A model generated the notes under the pieces. The model saw nothing but the letters and a program-made list of their open reading frames with translations, was not told where the DNA came from and did no database searches. The translations under genes and the position numbers were made by a program. Below, piece after piece: positions 36,301 to 48,973 of a stretch of 64,000 nucleotides of DNA. The first letter of the stretch is position 1. Every line of letters begins with the position of its first letter. The stretch is from Malacoraja senta (lineage: Eukaryota): contig CM075993.1 in NCBI GenBank assembly GCA_038087875.1, forward strand, positions 7,504,001 to 7,568,000. Reading direction: 5' to 3'.

Positions 36301-39300
36301 TATTGTATAATTGCAACGTATCTGCTTCAACCACCACCCCCTGGATGCACATTCCAGCCACTCACCACTCTGTGTAAAAAGTTTGCCCCATGCATCTCCT
36401 TTAAACTTTTCTCCTCTCACCTTAACGTTGTGCCCTCTACTGTTTGATTTTTCCATCCAGGGAAAAGGATTCTAACTGTCCACCCTATCTATGCCTTTCA
36501 TAATGTTATGTACCTCTCAACTTCATCAAGTCTCCGATATTCCAGCGGAAACAATCCAGGTTTGTCCAAACTCTCCCTGTTGCTGAAGCATCTTTAATGC
36601 AGGCAGCATTGTGGTAAACCTCCTCTGAACCCTCTCCAAAGCCTCCATATCCTCTCTGTATTGGGACGACCAGAACTGCAAAGAAGCCGAGATCCTCTGG
36701 AGGATTGATCAAGTGTGTAGTTTGATCAGATAACATGACCACTGCACCACTGATCCCCACTCTCTTCAGAATGTGAAGACATTAATGTGGGTACATTAGA
36801 GTCATACAGCGTGGAAACAGGCCTTTAGGCCCAACTTGCCAACGACGGCCAACATGTCCCATCTACACTGATCCCACCTGCCTGCGCTTGGTCCATATCC
36901 CTCCAAACTTGTCCTATCCATGTACCTGTCTAACTGTTTCTTAAATATTGCGATAGTCCCTGTCTCAACCACCTCCTCTGGCAGCAATGTTTTTGTTCCA
37001 TACACCCACCACCCTTTGTGTGAAAAAGTGACCCCTCAGATTCCTATTAAATCCTTTCCCCTTCACCTTAAACTTATGTCCTCTGGTCGTCGATTCTCCT
37101 GCTCTGTGCAAGAGACTCTGTGCATGAACCCGATCTTTTCCTCTCATGATTTTATGATTGCATCCTTTCAAATTTTATCTCTGTATGCTTCGTTATCGCC
37201 TTCTAGCCAACAATGATCAATTCTACATTTTCTATGAACCTCCTCCCCTTTGATGTCTCGTTTTCACACCTTGCATTTCCTTATCTGTGTATCCCTCTCC
37301 CTTGACTCTCAGTCTCAAGAAGGGTCTGGACCCCATTCCTTCCATCCAGAGATACGGCCTGTCCCGCTGAGTTACTGCAGCATTTTGTGTCTATGATCTT
37401 ATACAAGTTAGAAACATAGAAACATAGAAAGTAGGTGCAGGAGGAGGCCATTCGGCCCTTCGAGCCAGCACCGCCATTCATTGCGATCATGGCTGATCGT
37501 CCCCAATCAATAACCCGTGCCTGCCTTCTCACCATATCCCTTGATTCCTCTAGCCCCTAGAGCTCTATCTAACTCTCTCTTAAATCCATCCAGTGATTTG
37601 GCCTCCACTGCCCTCCGTGGCAGGGAATTCCGCAAATTCACAACTCTCTGGGTGAAAACGTTTTTTCTCACCTCAGTCTTAAATGGCCTCCCCTTTATTC
37701 TAAGACTGTTGCCCCTGACTCGCCCAACATTGGGAACATTTTTCCTGCATCTAGCTGCAGTCTGCAGGTAAAGTTTAGCAGGATACTTCCCCACACCCCC
37801 CCCCCCCCGCCCCCCCCCACCCACCCACCCTCCTCCCCCCCCAGAATCTCCAGCATTGTTGAAAGGAACCGACTGTGTTACATTAGGTTAAATTACTTCT
37901 GAAATCACTTCACACCCACGCTACCTAATAGAGGTAATCACAATCGGGAATAACATGTTCACTTTCCTTTCCAACGCAGCAGAAGCTTTCTGAAGCACCT
38001 GAATCACGACTGAGCCATTTCAGGTAGCTGCGTGGCATGTGTCGGAATAATAATGTAACCTCTGAAAACAATGGAAGTAGAAATTAAAGCTGCAGTCACC
38101 ACCAAATCCAAGATGATTTTTCAGCCTTTCACTTTAATCTCCACCCACGTGGTAGCCCACACAGCATTGTAATCATTCTGCCAACGTGACGTCGTTCGTT
38201 TCCAAAGCACCCGCACGCCAAAAACAGAAACATTTGCAAGTGTCAATTTCAGTTTAGTTTATTGTCACGTGTACCGAGGTACAGTGAAAAGCTTTTTGGT
38301 TGCCTGCCAACCAGTCAGCGGAAAGACAATACATGATTACAATCAATCCATTAACAGTATATAGATACATGATAAGGGAATAACGTTTAGTGCAAGGTAA
38401 AGCCAACACAGTCCAGTCAAGGTAGATAAAAATGCTGGAGAAACTCATCGGGTGAGGCAGCATCTATGGAGCGAAGGAATAGGTGACGTTTCGGGTCGAA
38501 ACCCTTCTTCAGAATTTTTCCTTCTGAAATAGTCCAGTCAAGGATAGTTTGAGGGTCACCAAAGAGGTAGATAGCAGTTCAGCACTGCTCTCTGGTTGTG
38601 GTGGGATGGTTCAGTTGCCTGATACGTTTTTACATAATAGTGAGGAATAATGTAGGATGGGGAGGGTTTGTGTTGAGGTTAACGTTACTTGTGAGCTTAT
38701 GATAGGACTCTGAGTGCACAGGCTTGGATTGAACCTTGGGTTAAAATCACAATCTCATCTACAACTAAGAGTGTGTTCTTTATTCGGGTCTAATGGCACG
38801 TTTCTCTGTGTGGAGTCAGCATGTTCTCACTATGACCCCCCGTTGGATTCCCCTAGGATACTCCGGTTTCCTCCCATATAGAGTCATACAGTGTGTAAAC
38901 AGGCCCTTCGACCCAACTTGCCCACACCGACCAACATGTGCCATCTACACTAGTCCCACTTGCCTGCGTTTGGCCCATATCCATCTAAACCTGCCCTATC
39001 CATGTTCCTGTCTAATTGCATCGTAAACGCTGTCTGAATAAAGTGTCTGAATTTCTTTCTGAAATATAGAAGAGGACAGGCCCTTCGGCCCACAATTTCC
39101 GTGCCGTACATGATTCAAATGTAGAAACAAGGAACTGCTGATGCTATTTAACCAAGGAAAGACACAAAATGCTGGAGTAACTCAGCAGGTCAGGCAGCAT
39201 CCCTGGAGAACAAGCATAGGTGCCTTTTTGGGCCCCAATCATCTACCCATGTTCTCCAGGGAAGCTGCCTGACCCGCTGAGTCACTCCAGCATTTTGTGT

Positions 39301-40167
39301 CTTTCCATGACTGCAAGTTAAACTCATCTCCTCTGCCCACTATCTTTACATATGTGTTGTGGGGCTGCAAATAAGAATTCCTTCTTACTTCCACAGAGCT
39401 GGTAGAGCCACTCGGGTGCTGTCCTCATGGAGTTTGCACGTTCACCCTGTGACCACGTGGGTTTCATACGGGTGCTCTGGTTTTCTCCCACATCCCAAAG
39501 GCGTGCGGGTTTGCGGGTTAATCGGCCCTCTGTGAAATGCCCCTCATGTGTAGGGAGTGGATGCGAAAGTGAGATAACATAGAACTAGTCTGAACGATGG
39601 TCAGCATGGACTCGGCGGGCCGAAGGGCCTGTTTCCATGCTTGTATCTCTTAATAAATAAACAGACATACAATAAAATAATAAATTAACAGTTACTGTTA
39701 TCAGTTGGGGGACGGCACAGTGGTTCAAACCTGACTACGAGTGCTGTCTATGTGGAGTTTGCACGTTCTCCCTGTGACCATGTGGGTTTTCTCCGGGTGT
39801 AAAGGCAAAGACGTAGAGGCTTGTAGGTTAATTTGCTTCGGTAATAAAATGGTCAAATTGTCCCTCACGTGCAGGATAGTGCTGGCAGCGTACGGGATGG
39901 TCGCTGGTCGGTGGGATGAAGGGCCTGTTTCTGAGTTGTATGTCTAAAGTCTCAAAAAGTTACACTAGGTAACCAGACCAAGTGGAATAATACAGTACAA
40001 CCTAATACAAAACCAACAGGAGTTCAGTGCTGAGGGAGAGTTGTGACTAAAGTGGAACCCAAGCTGCTGCAGCTATGAGTTGTACACCCCGCACCACTAG
40101 ACTGGCTGAAGAGAGGCGACATTAGTTTAATTTAGACACCTCTATACCTTTTGCCTGATGGGAGAGG

Positions 40168-40692
40168 GGAGAAGGACATCCTTGTGATTGAGGCAGTGCA
40201 GCGTAGGTTCACGAGATTGATCCCTGGGATGGCGGGACTGTCTAATGAGGAAAGATTGAAAAGACTAGGATTGTATTCACTGGAGTTTAGAAGGATGAGG
40301 GGGCATCTTATAGAAACATATAAAACTATAAAAGGACTGGACAAGCTAGATGCAGGAAAAATGTTCCCAATGTTGGGGCGAGTCCAGAACCAGGGGCCAC
40401 AGTCTTAGAATAAAGGGGAGGTCATTTAAGACTGAGGTGAGAAAAAACGTTTTCACCCAGAGAGTTGTGAATTTATGGAATTCCCTGCCACAGAGGGCAG
40501 TGGAGGCCAAGTCACTGGATGGATTTAAGACAGTTAGATAGAGCTCTAGGGGCTAGTGGAGTCAAGGGATATGGGAAGAAGGCAGGCATGGGTTATTGAT
40601 AGGGGACGATCAGCCATGATCACAATGAATGGCGGTGCTGGCTCGAAGGGCCAAATGGCCTCCTCCTGCACCTATTTTCTATGTTTCTATGT
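40168..40692 (+). mobile_element. CR1 3' fragment nested in a Rex1 fragment
   Basis: EAVQRRFTRLIPGM.GLS.EERL.RLGLYSLEFRRMRG; CR1 tail. Confidence 0.9.
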
Positions 40693-41174
40693 AAGAGGGA
40701 GTGGACTCGATTATACTGCTGGCTTTGCCGAGGCAGCGTGAGGTGCAAATGGAGTCAATAGAAGGGAGGTTGGTTTGTGCGATGGTCTGGGCCGTGTCCA
40801 CAATTCACTGTATAACTAGGTAACTGTCGTTTCAACTCGCACATACTTCTCTGCAACTCTGAGTTTGCACAAAATTCGCCTGGCAATCACTCAAAAAACG
40901 AATTCCTCTCTGCATAGGGTTAGGAATACACAGCATCAGAATAAAAGGATGTACCTTTAGAATGGAGATGAGGAGGAATTTATTTAGCCAGAGGGTGGCG
41001 ATATCTGTGGAATTCATTTGCATGGATGATTGTGGAGGCCAAATCATTGGGTATGTTTAAGGCAGTGATTGATCGGTTCTTGATTAGGAAGGGAGTCAAA
41101 GGTTACGGGGAGAAGGCAGGAGAATGGGGTTGAGAGGGAAAAACAGATCAGCCACGAATTTATGGCAGAGCAGA

Positions 41175-41488
41175 CTTAGTTTTAGTTTAGTTTAGGTTGG
41201 AGATACAGAGCGGAAACAGGCCCTACGGCCCAACGAGTCCGCACCGACCAGCGATCCCCACATTAACACAAGCCTACACACGCTAAGGACAATTTACACT
41301 TATACCAGGTATACAAACCCAAGCCAATTAACCTACACGTCTTTGGAGTGTGGGAGGAAACCGAAGATCTCAGTGAAAACCCACACGGTCACGGGGAGAA
41401 CGTACAAACTCCGTACAGACAGCAGCCGTGGTCAGGATCGAACCCGGGTCTCTGGCGGTGCAAGCGCTGTAAGGCGGCAACTCAACTC
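41175..41488 (-). mobile_element. V-SINE (HE1-like)
   Basis: Reverse complement of the same SINE. Confidence 0.82.
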
Positions 41489-41722
41489 TTAGTTTATTGT
41501 CACACGTATCGAGGTACAGTGAAGAGTTTTTGTTGCATGCTATTCAGTCAAAGAAAAGACCATACAGTTTTAATAGAAACATAGAAAAATAGGTGCAGGA
41601 GTAGGCCATCCGGCACTTCGAGCCATTCAATATGATCATGGCTGACCATCCAAAATCAGTACCCCCTTCCTGCTTTTTCCCCCATATCCCTTGATTCCGT
41701 TAGCCCTAAGAGCTAAATCTTA

Positions 41723-42040
41723 TAGCCCTGTCCCACTGTACGAGTTCATTCAAGAGTTCTCCCGAGTTTGCCCTGAGTCGAACTCGGAGATTTACGGTAA
41801 TGGCCGCTCGCAGGTACTCGGGGCTCTCGTGGACATTTTTCAACATGTTGAAAAATCTTCACGAGTCTTCCCAAGCTTACCGCGTTTCCCGAGTACCTGC
41901 TGTTAGCGTTACGAGCCGCTAAGAGACGTCCCCGAGCTCCGACGTACCCGCTACGTTCATTCTCCGTGCTTACCACGAGTTTGATTTTTTTTTAATCTCG
42001 GGAGAGCTCTTGAATGAACTCGTACAGTGGGACAGGGCTT
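41723..42040. mobile_element. Harbinger-like MITE (family B) inserted in a CR1
   Basis: Same TIRs; tta/taa flanks; CR1 sequence resumes on both sides. Confidence 0.85.
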
Positions 42041-42394
42041 TAACTCTCTCTTGAAAACATCCAGTGAATTGGCCTTCTGTGGCAGAGAATTCCACAGATT
42101 CACAACTCTCTGGGTGAAAACGTTTTTCTAAAAGTACATCCCAGTCCTAAATGGCCTACCCTTATTCTTAAACTGTGACCCCTGGTTCTGGACTCCCCCA
42201 ACCTCAGAACATTTTTCCTGCATCTAGCCTGTCCAATCCCTTAAGAATTTTATATGTTTCTATAAGAAATAACATGTATTCCTGACTCTCAATTGTAAAG
42301 CGACTTTGAGTCCTGAAAAGCGCTATATAAATAAAATCTATTATTATTATTATTATGTATGTTTTGTTCCATATCTCTATGTTGGCCCCAAGTA

Positions 42395-42584
42395 CTACTT
42401 TTGTAATGGAATTTTTACACCAGTGGCAACTGATAGATTCCTCCCACACGTCGATGACGCCTCTGTCCGAATAAGTTCCCAGACTCCAGGAAGCGCTTCT
42501 TCCTCGTTGTCAACGATCTTGTTCTGACTCGAGGGAGCTCTTCCTTGTTGATGCGAACATTCGGCCGTCGTATCGCAGCGGGTC
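42395..42584 (-). CDS. Probable terminal exon of the coiled-coil gene
   Basis: tttgtcgacag|G acceptor; phase-1 frame PAAIRRPNVRINKEELPRVRTRSLTTRKKRFLESG...LPLV* (stop 42417-42415); phase-2 frame also open to TAG at 42397-42395. Confidence 0.55.
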
Positions 42585-43105
42585 CTGTCGACAAACCACA
42601 GATATTGTGCCCTTGTGTTAATTCTCCTCTCACAGATTCATCAGCTTAAAGTCATAGAGTCACAGAGTGATACAGTGTGGAAACAGCCCTTCATGCAGTG
42701 CCGGAGACCCGGGTTCGATCCCGACTACGGGTGCTGTCTGTACGGAGTTTGTACCTTCTCCTGCGTGGGTTTTCTCCGAGATCTTCGGTTTCCTCCCACA
42801 CTCCAAAGACGTACAGGTTTGTAGGTAAATTGGCTTGGTAAAATGTAAAATTGTCCCTAGTGTGTGTAGGTTAGTGTTAATGTGCAGGGACCGCTGGTCA
42901 GTGCGGACTCGGTGGGCTGAGGGGCCTGTTTCCGCTAAACTAAACTAAAACAAGTTTCTAAACATATGACAATTAAATAATTTTGACTCTTGTCAGATGT
43001 CAGCCTGACCCGCTGAGTTCCTCCAGCAGTGTGTAGCACTCATAATTTCAGCATCTGTGGTCCCGTGCGTCCTCACTTGAGCAGGTAACTTGTAGCTCCA
43101 CTTAC

Positions 43106-43270
43106 TTGACATCGGTTGAGGTGGGGGCCAATGCATCAAATCGGGGGGAGGCGTAGTGTTGTGGTGGGGCAGGTCTTGCCCGTGACCTCTGCCCCCTCCG
43201 CCGGCTCCAGGTGAGTCTTGTACCCGTGCCGCCATGTTTCACCGTGCAGTCTGCTCGCGATATGCAACCT
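43106..43270 (-). CDS. Probable penultimate exon of the coiled-coil gene; reading frame ambiguous
   Basis: Strong ttttttccccag acceptor and CAA|gtaagt donor, 165 nt, unique GC-rich sequence; phase-1 frame has TGA at 43241-43239, phase-2 frame is open. Confidence 0.55.
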
Positions 43271-43419
43271 CTGGGGAAAAAAACCAACACACGCTACACT
43301 TACCCACACTGCACCCATAGGTTCACCAGGTTAATTCCCGGGATGGCGGGACTGACATATGATGAAAGAATCGATCGACTGGGCTTGTATTCACTTGAAT
43401 TTAGGATGAGAGGGGATCT

Positions 43420-44355
43420 TTACACCATCTACACATATGACTGCACCCCCGCCCACCACAGTAACACCATTGTCAAATTCGCGGGTGACACCCCGGTATT
43501 GGGGCTCATCTCTGGGGGGGATGAGTACGCCTACAGGGATGAGGTGGAGCAGCTGACAGGGTGGTGTGGAGAAAATAACCTGCTCCTCAACACCTCAAAG
43601 ACCAAGGAGCTCATAATTGACTACAGGAAGAAGAAACGGACATTACACCACTAATCATCGATGGGGACTGTGGAGAGGGTGGCGGATTTCCGCTTCCTGG
43701 GAATCCACATTGAGGAGGACCTGACTTGGAGCGTGAACACCTCTGCGCTGCTGAAAAAGGTCCAGCAGAGACTGTACTTCCTGAGGGTGCTCAGGAAGAA
43801 CAACATCACCCAGAGACTGCTGCTATCCTTTTATCGGTGCTCAATAGAGAGCATCTTAACATACTGTGTATGCGTGTGGTACACCAGCTGCACAGCGGCT
43901 AAGAGGAAAGCGCTCCAGAGGGCTATTGACAACGCCCAGAAGATTATCGGCTGCCCTCTCCTCAACTTGAAGGACCTACACAGTTCCGACTGTCTCAAAA
44001 AATCCCAGAAGATCATAAAGGACATTTTCCACCCCGGTCACTCCCTGCTTGTACTGCTGCCGTCAGGCAGACGGTACAGATCAATGAGGACAAGGACAAA
44101 CAGACTCAAAAACAGTTTTTATCCCACAGCAATAACTACACTTAATGTAGCCACCAAATGAGTACAGGTGTGCTACACACCAAAGGGACTGTGAAATCGA
44201 CAGAAGAATGTGTTTTTTTTTCATGTTATTTATTTAGTTGTTTATTTTAGACTTTTGCTTTTAGAAAATGTGTGCACTGACTAGTTGGCATTTCTAATTT
44301 CGTTGTACATGTTTACATGTTATAATGACAATAAAGTATTCATTCATTCATTCAT
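43420..44355 (+). mobile_element. Rex1/Babar-like RT fragment nested in a CR1
   Basis: YTYDC...IVKFAGDT, WC.ENNLLLNTSKTKE, LPSGRRYRS.RTRTNRLKNSFYP; (catt)n tail; CR1 sequence on both sides (43318-43419, 44356-44905). Confidence 0.9.
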
Positions 44356-45059
44356 TCTTATGGAAACATAAACTTCTTAAGGGACTGGACAGGCTAGATA
44401 CAGGAAAAATTTTCCCGATGTTGGGGGAGTCCAGAACCAGGGGTCACAGTTTAAGAATAAGGAGTAAGCCATTTAGGACTGAGATGAGGAAAAAACCTTT
44501 TCACCCAGAGAGTGGTGAGTCTGTGGAATTCTCTGCCTCAGAGGGCGGTGGAGGCAGGTTCTCTGGATACTTTCAAGAGAGAGCTAGATAGGGCTCTTAA
44601 AGATAGCGGAGTCAGGGGATATGGGGAGAAGGCAGGAACGGGGTACTGATTGGGGATGATCAGCCATGATTCACATTGAGTTGTGAATCTGTGGAATTCT
44701 CTGCCACAGAAGGCAGTGGAGGCCAATTCACTGGGTATATTCAAGAGAGAGTCAGTTATAGCTCTTGGGGCTAACGGAATCAAGGGATATGGGGAGAAAG
44801 CAGGAACGGGGTACTGATTTTGGATGGTCAGCCATGATCATATTGAATGGCAGTGCTGGTTCGAAGGGCCGAATGGCCTACTCCTGCACCTATTGTCTAT
44901 GTTTTTACTGCGTCCCCAATGAAGCCCCCTTTTCAAAATCTATCCCATGCTTTTTGTGGGACTGACATTTTCCTTCCTTACTCTCTCTTCAATCCTTCTC
45001 TCCTTCCCAAGCAAACTCACTCCTCTCTTCCTCACACCCGACATTTATGGAGCAGATAT

Positions 45060-45405
45060 AATAATAATAATAATAATAATGGATGGGATTTATATAGCGG
45101 CTTTCTAATACTCAAGGCGCTTTACATCGCATTATTCATTCACTCCTCAGTCACACTCGGTGGTGGTGAGCTACTTCTGTAGCCACAGCTGCCCTGGGGC
45201 AGACTGACGGAAGCGTGGCTGCTAATCTGCGCCTACGGCCCCTCCGACCACCACCAATCACTCACACACATTCACACACATTCACACGCAGGCAAAGGTG
45301 GGTGAAGTGTCTTGCCCAAGGACACAACGACAGTATGCACTCCAAGCGGGATTCGAACCGGCTACCTTCCGGTTGCCAGCCGAACACTTAGCCCATTGCG
45401 CCATC
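45060..45405 (-). mobile_element. tRNA-derived CORE-like SINE with L2-type tail
   Basis: gatggcgcaatggg (A box), ggttcgaatcc (B box), gtgtccttgggcaagacacttcaccc core, tgtaaagcgccttgag...ctatataaat(att)n tail. Confidence 0.8.
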
Positions 45406-45865
45406 TGCAAGAGAGGCTCATGACAAGGCCTGGCATGTAATGGAAGATGGAGTTGCTGCAGGTCTGGCAGCAACTCTGGAGAACATGGATGGATGACGTT
45501 TCGGGTCTTCAGACAGAAGGGTCCCGACCCGAAACATCACCCCTCCCTTTCCTTGGGAGATGTTGACTGACCCGCTGAGTTACTCCAGCACTTTGTCTCT
45601 ATGTTTGATATAAACCAGCATCTGCAGTTCCTTTCTATGCACTTCCTCTGAAAATATTTGTTGTGCTTTTGAAATTGAATTCTGTCCTTGATTTGTGTAC
45701 TGTGGTGTTTTTATATTTAATTTATTCCGATTATGTGTTTTGTATTTTTGTGATTCTATGCCTTGTAAGGTGTCCTTGGGTTTTAGAAGGCGCCAGTAAA
45801 TAAAATGAATTATTAATTATTATTAGAATGGGGAGAACTTCTTTGGTGTGTGATGGGGTTATGGG

Positions 45866-46065
45866 NNNNNNNNNNNNNNNNNNNNNNNNNNNNNNNNNNN
45901 NNNNNNNNNNNNNNNNNNNNNNNNNNNNNNNNNNNNNNNNNNNNNNNNNNNNNNNNNNNNNNNNNNNNNNNNNNNNNNNNNNNNNNNNNNNNNNNNNNNN
46001 NNNNNNNNNNNNNNNNNNNNNNNNNNNNNNNNNNNNNNNNNNNNNNNNNNNNNNNNNNNNNNNNN
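45866..46065. other. Assembly gap (200 N)
   Basis: Run of n characters. Confidence 1.
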
Positions 46066-46164
46066 GAACATCAGGGTAGGGCAGTCTAATGTGATGCTAC
46101 TTATAGCAGCCTAGGTTTATTATTGTTATATGCACCGAGATACAGTGAAAAGTTCATAAATAAA

Positions 46165-47070
46165 TAAGTTATAGGAGCAGAATTAGGCCATTTGGCCCAT
46201 CAAGTCTACTCCGCCATTCAATCATGGCTGATCTATCTCAACCCCATTCTCCTGCCTTCTCCCCATAACTATTGACACCGCACTAATCAAGAATCTATCA
46301 ATCTCCACCCTAAAAATATCCACTGACTTGGCCTCCTCAACCTTCTGTGGCAATGCATTCCGCAGATTCACCGCCCTCTGACTAAAGAAATTCCTCCTCA
46401 TCTCCTTTCTAAAGGTACGTCCTTTTATTCTGCGGCTGTGGCCTCTGGTCCTCGACTCTCCCACTAGTGGACACATCCTCTCCACATCCACTCTATCCAT
46501 GCCTTTCACAGTTCACTAGGTTTCAATGAGGTTTACCCTCATCCTTCTAAACTCCAGTGACTAGAGGCCCAGTGCTGTCAAACGCTCATCATATGTTAAC
46601 CCAAACATTCCTGGGGTCGTTCTTGTAAACCTCCTCTGGACCTGCTCCAGAGCCAGCACATCCTTCCTCAGATACAGTGCCCAAAACTGCTCACAACACA
46701 CTAAATGCAGTCTGACCAGTGCCTTATAAAGCCTCAGCATTACATCCCTGTATTTTCTATTCTAGTCTTCTCGAAATAACTGCTAGCATTGCATTCACCT
46801 TCCTTACTACCGATTCGACTTGCAAATGTACTTTTTGAGAATCCTGTACCAGCACTCCCAAGTCTCATTGCACCTCTGATTTCTGGATTCTCTCCCCATT
46901 TAGAAAATTGTCTACGCCTTCATTCCTACTACCAAAATGCATAACTCCAGACTTTGCTACGCTGTATTCCATCTGCCACTTCTCTGCCCACTCTCCCAAC
47001 CTGTCCAAGTCCTTCTGCAGAGTGCCTGCTTTCTCTACACTACCTGCCCCTATCTTTGTATCATCTGCAA
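46165..47070 (-). mobile_element. CR1 RT/3' fragment
   Basis: LFADDTKIG, LQKDLDRLGEWAEKWQMEY, RTRGHS; CR1 tail. Confidence 0.9.
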
Positions 47071-48153
47071 ACAGACTGGTTCCCCCAATCCTTTGCACTC
47101 ATCACTTTAATTTCTGTTGGCAGATCAATTTCATTGATACATTAGGTGAGGAACAGAGGACCCAGCACCGAGCCCCGTGGACTCCGTTAGTTACTAGCTG
47201 CCAACCAAAGAATGCCCCCTTTATTGCCTGCTTTGATGCCAACCGATCATATCAGAGGAAGGGTCCTGAACTGAAAGGTCACCTGTCCATGTTCTCCAGA
47301 GATGCGTCCTGCACTACTCCAAATGAGGATTGATACAAGAAGCTTGACTTGGTGCCCACTTCGACCACCTCAGCAAAATCCCACAAGAAACAATGATTTG
47401 ATAATCCAGGGGAAAGATACAACGTGCTGGAGTAACCCAGCGGGCCAGGCAGCATCTCTGGAGAACATGGGTAGGTGACTGACCCAAATCGTCACCTATC
47501 CATGTTGTCCAGAGATGCTGCCTGACCCGCTGAGTTACTCCAGCATGTTGAATCTTTTATTTTGGTAAACCAGCATCTGCAGTTTACAGTCACTTTCTGT
47601 CGTTTCATCTGGGGCGACACGTTTTAGAACCTAGAACAGTACAGCAAAGGGAACAGGCCCTTCGGCCCACAATGTCCATGCCGAACATAATGCCACATTA
47701 AACTAATCTCCGCTGCCCGCACGTGATCCATATCCTTCCATTCCCTGCATATCCATGTGCCTGTCTGAAAGCCTTTTGGATGCCACTGTTGTATCTGGTG
47801 AATCTGCGGAACTCATTGCCACAGAAGGCTGTGGAGGCCAAGTCAATGGATATTTTTAAGGCAGAGATAGATAGATTTTCGATTAGTACGGGTGTCAGGG
47901 GTTACGGGGGGAAGGCAGGAGAACGGGGTTAAGAGGGAGAGATAGATCAGCCATGATTGAATGGTGGTGTAGACTTGATGGGCCGAATGGCCTAATTCTG
48001 CTCCTATCCGTTATATACTTGAACTTATAAACTTATCTGCCTCCACAGCCACAATTGGGCAGCAGGTTCCAGGCACCCGCCACTCTCTGTGCAAAAACAT
48101 CGCCGTTAAATGCCAGTGTTTCTTCCTCCAGATATCCTGGCGTTTATACTCAC

Positions 48154-48217
48154 CGCTGTGTGGACCCGCCGGTGAACCCGGTGACTCCCGGCGCTCATCG
48201 CCGCCCCCTTCAGGACA
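48154..48217 (-). CDS. Coding exon CPEGGGDERRESPGSPAGPHS
   Basis: ttttcctgcag|TGT acceptor, GCG|gtgagt donor, 64 nt, phase 0->1. Confidence 0.8.
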
Positions 48218-48593
48218 CTGCAGGAAAACACAAGCAACTGCAGTGAAGCCACTCCGCACCGCACATCACAACACAAGGTGCCGGAGGAACCCGGCAGGTC
48301 AGGTGGCATCTGTGGAGGGAGGGATGGAGGGAGGGAGGGAGGGACGGTCGAAGTTTCGGGTCGAGACCTCCATTTTACTGCTCAACGTCAAGCTGTGTGT
48401 ATAGTGGAGGAACTGCAGGTGCTGGTTTAGAGGGGAAAAGAGTAATTGGGGAAATGTGCCATTACCCTCACAACCCGCCTGCCCCGACTGGGGCACCCAC
48501 CTCTAGGAGGCACCAGTTGACCATCCAGGGCCCGATATTTACACCTAGGAACTTGGTGATACAGTTAGACGAAAAATCAGTGGCACTAAAACC

Positions 48594-48973
48594 CAAAGAT
48601 CCTACAGCGAGCAAGATGGTCCACTCGACGAAAAAGCCGTAGTACGGTCATGGGCAGATTCATGGGTAATTTAAGGCCCCATTTCCGTAAGCTGCTTCCA
48701 TCTCCGCACCAAAGATCCCATAGGATAATAGTGCGGAGACGATAGCCGGTTATGGAAACATCCTCGTAAAAATAAAAGTTATTTTGTAAAAATATTCTCC
48801 TCATTTTCAGAATTTTAATTTATGAACACAAACGGTTCTCCCGCAACGTTGATTACACTGCGAGTCGGGTCGGGTCGGGTTACGGAAATGGATGAAAAAA
48901 AGGCCCACGTACTACACGTCAGCCCATTGCATTTAGCAGGATTGGTCTATCTTGCTCCACTATAGGATCTTTG
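48594..48973. mobile_element. hAT-like MITE, same family as 1935-2333, opposite orientation
   Basis: TIRs caaagatccta/taggatctttg; 8-bp TSD ctaaaacc/gtaaaacc. Confidence 0.88.

Noticed and set aside
45828..46089. ORFs composed of X residues
   Set aside because: They span the assembly gap
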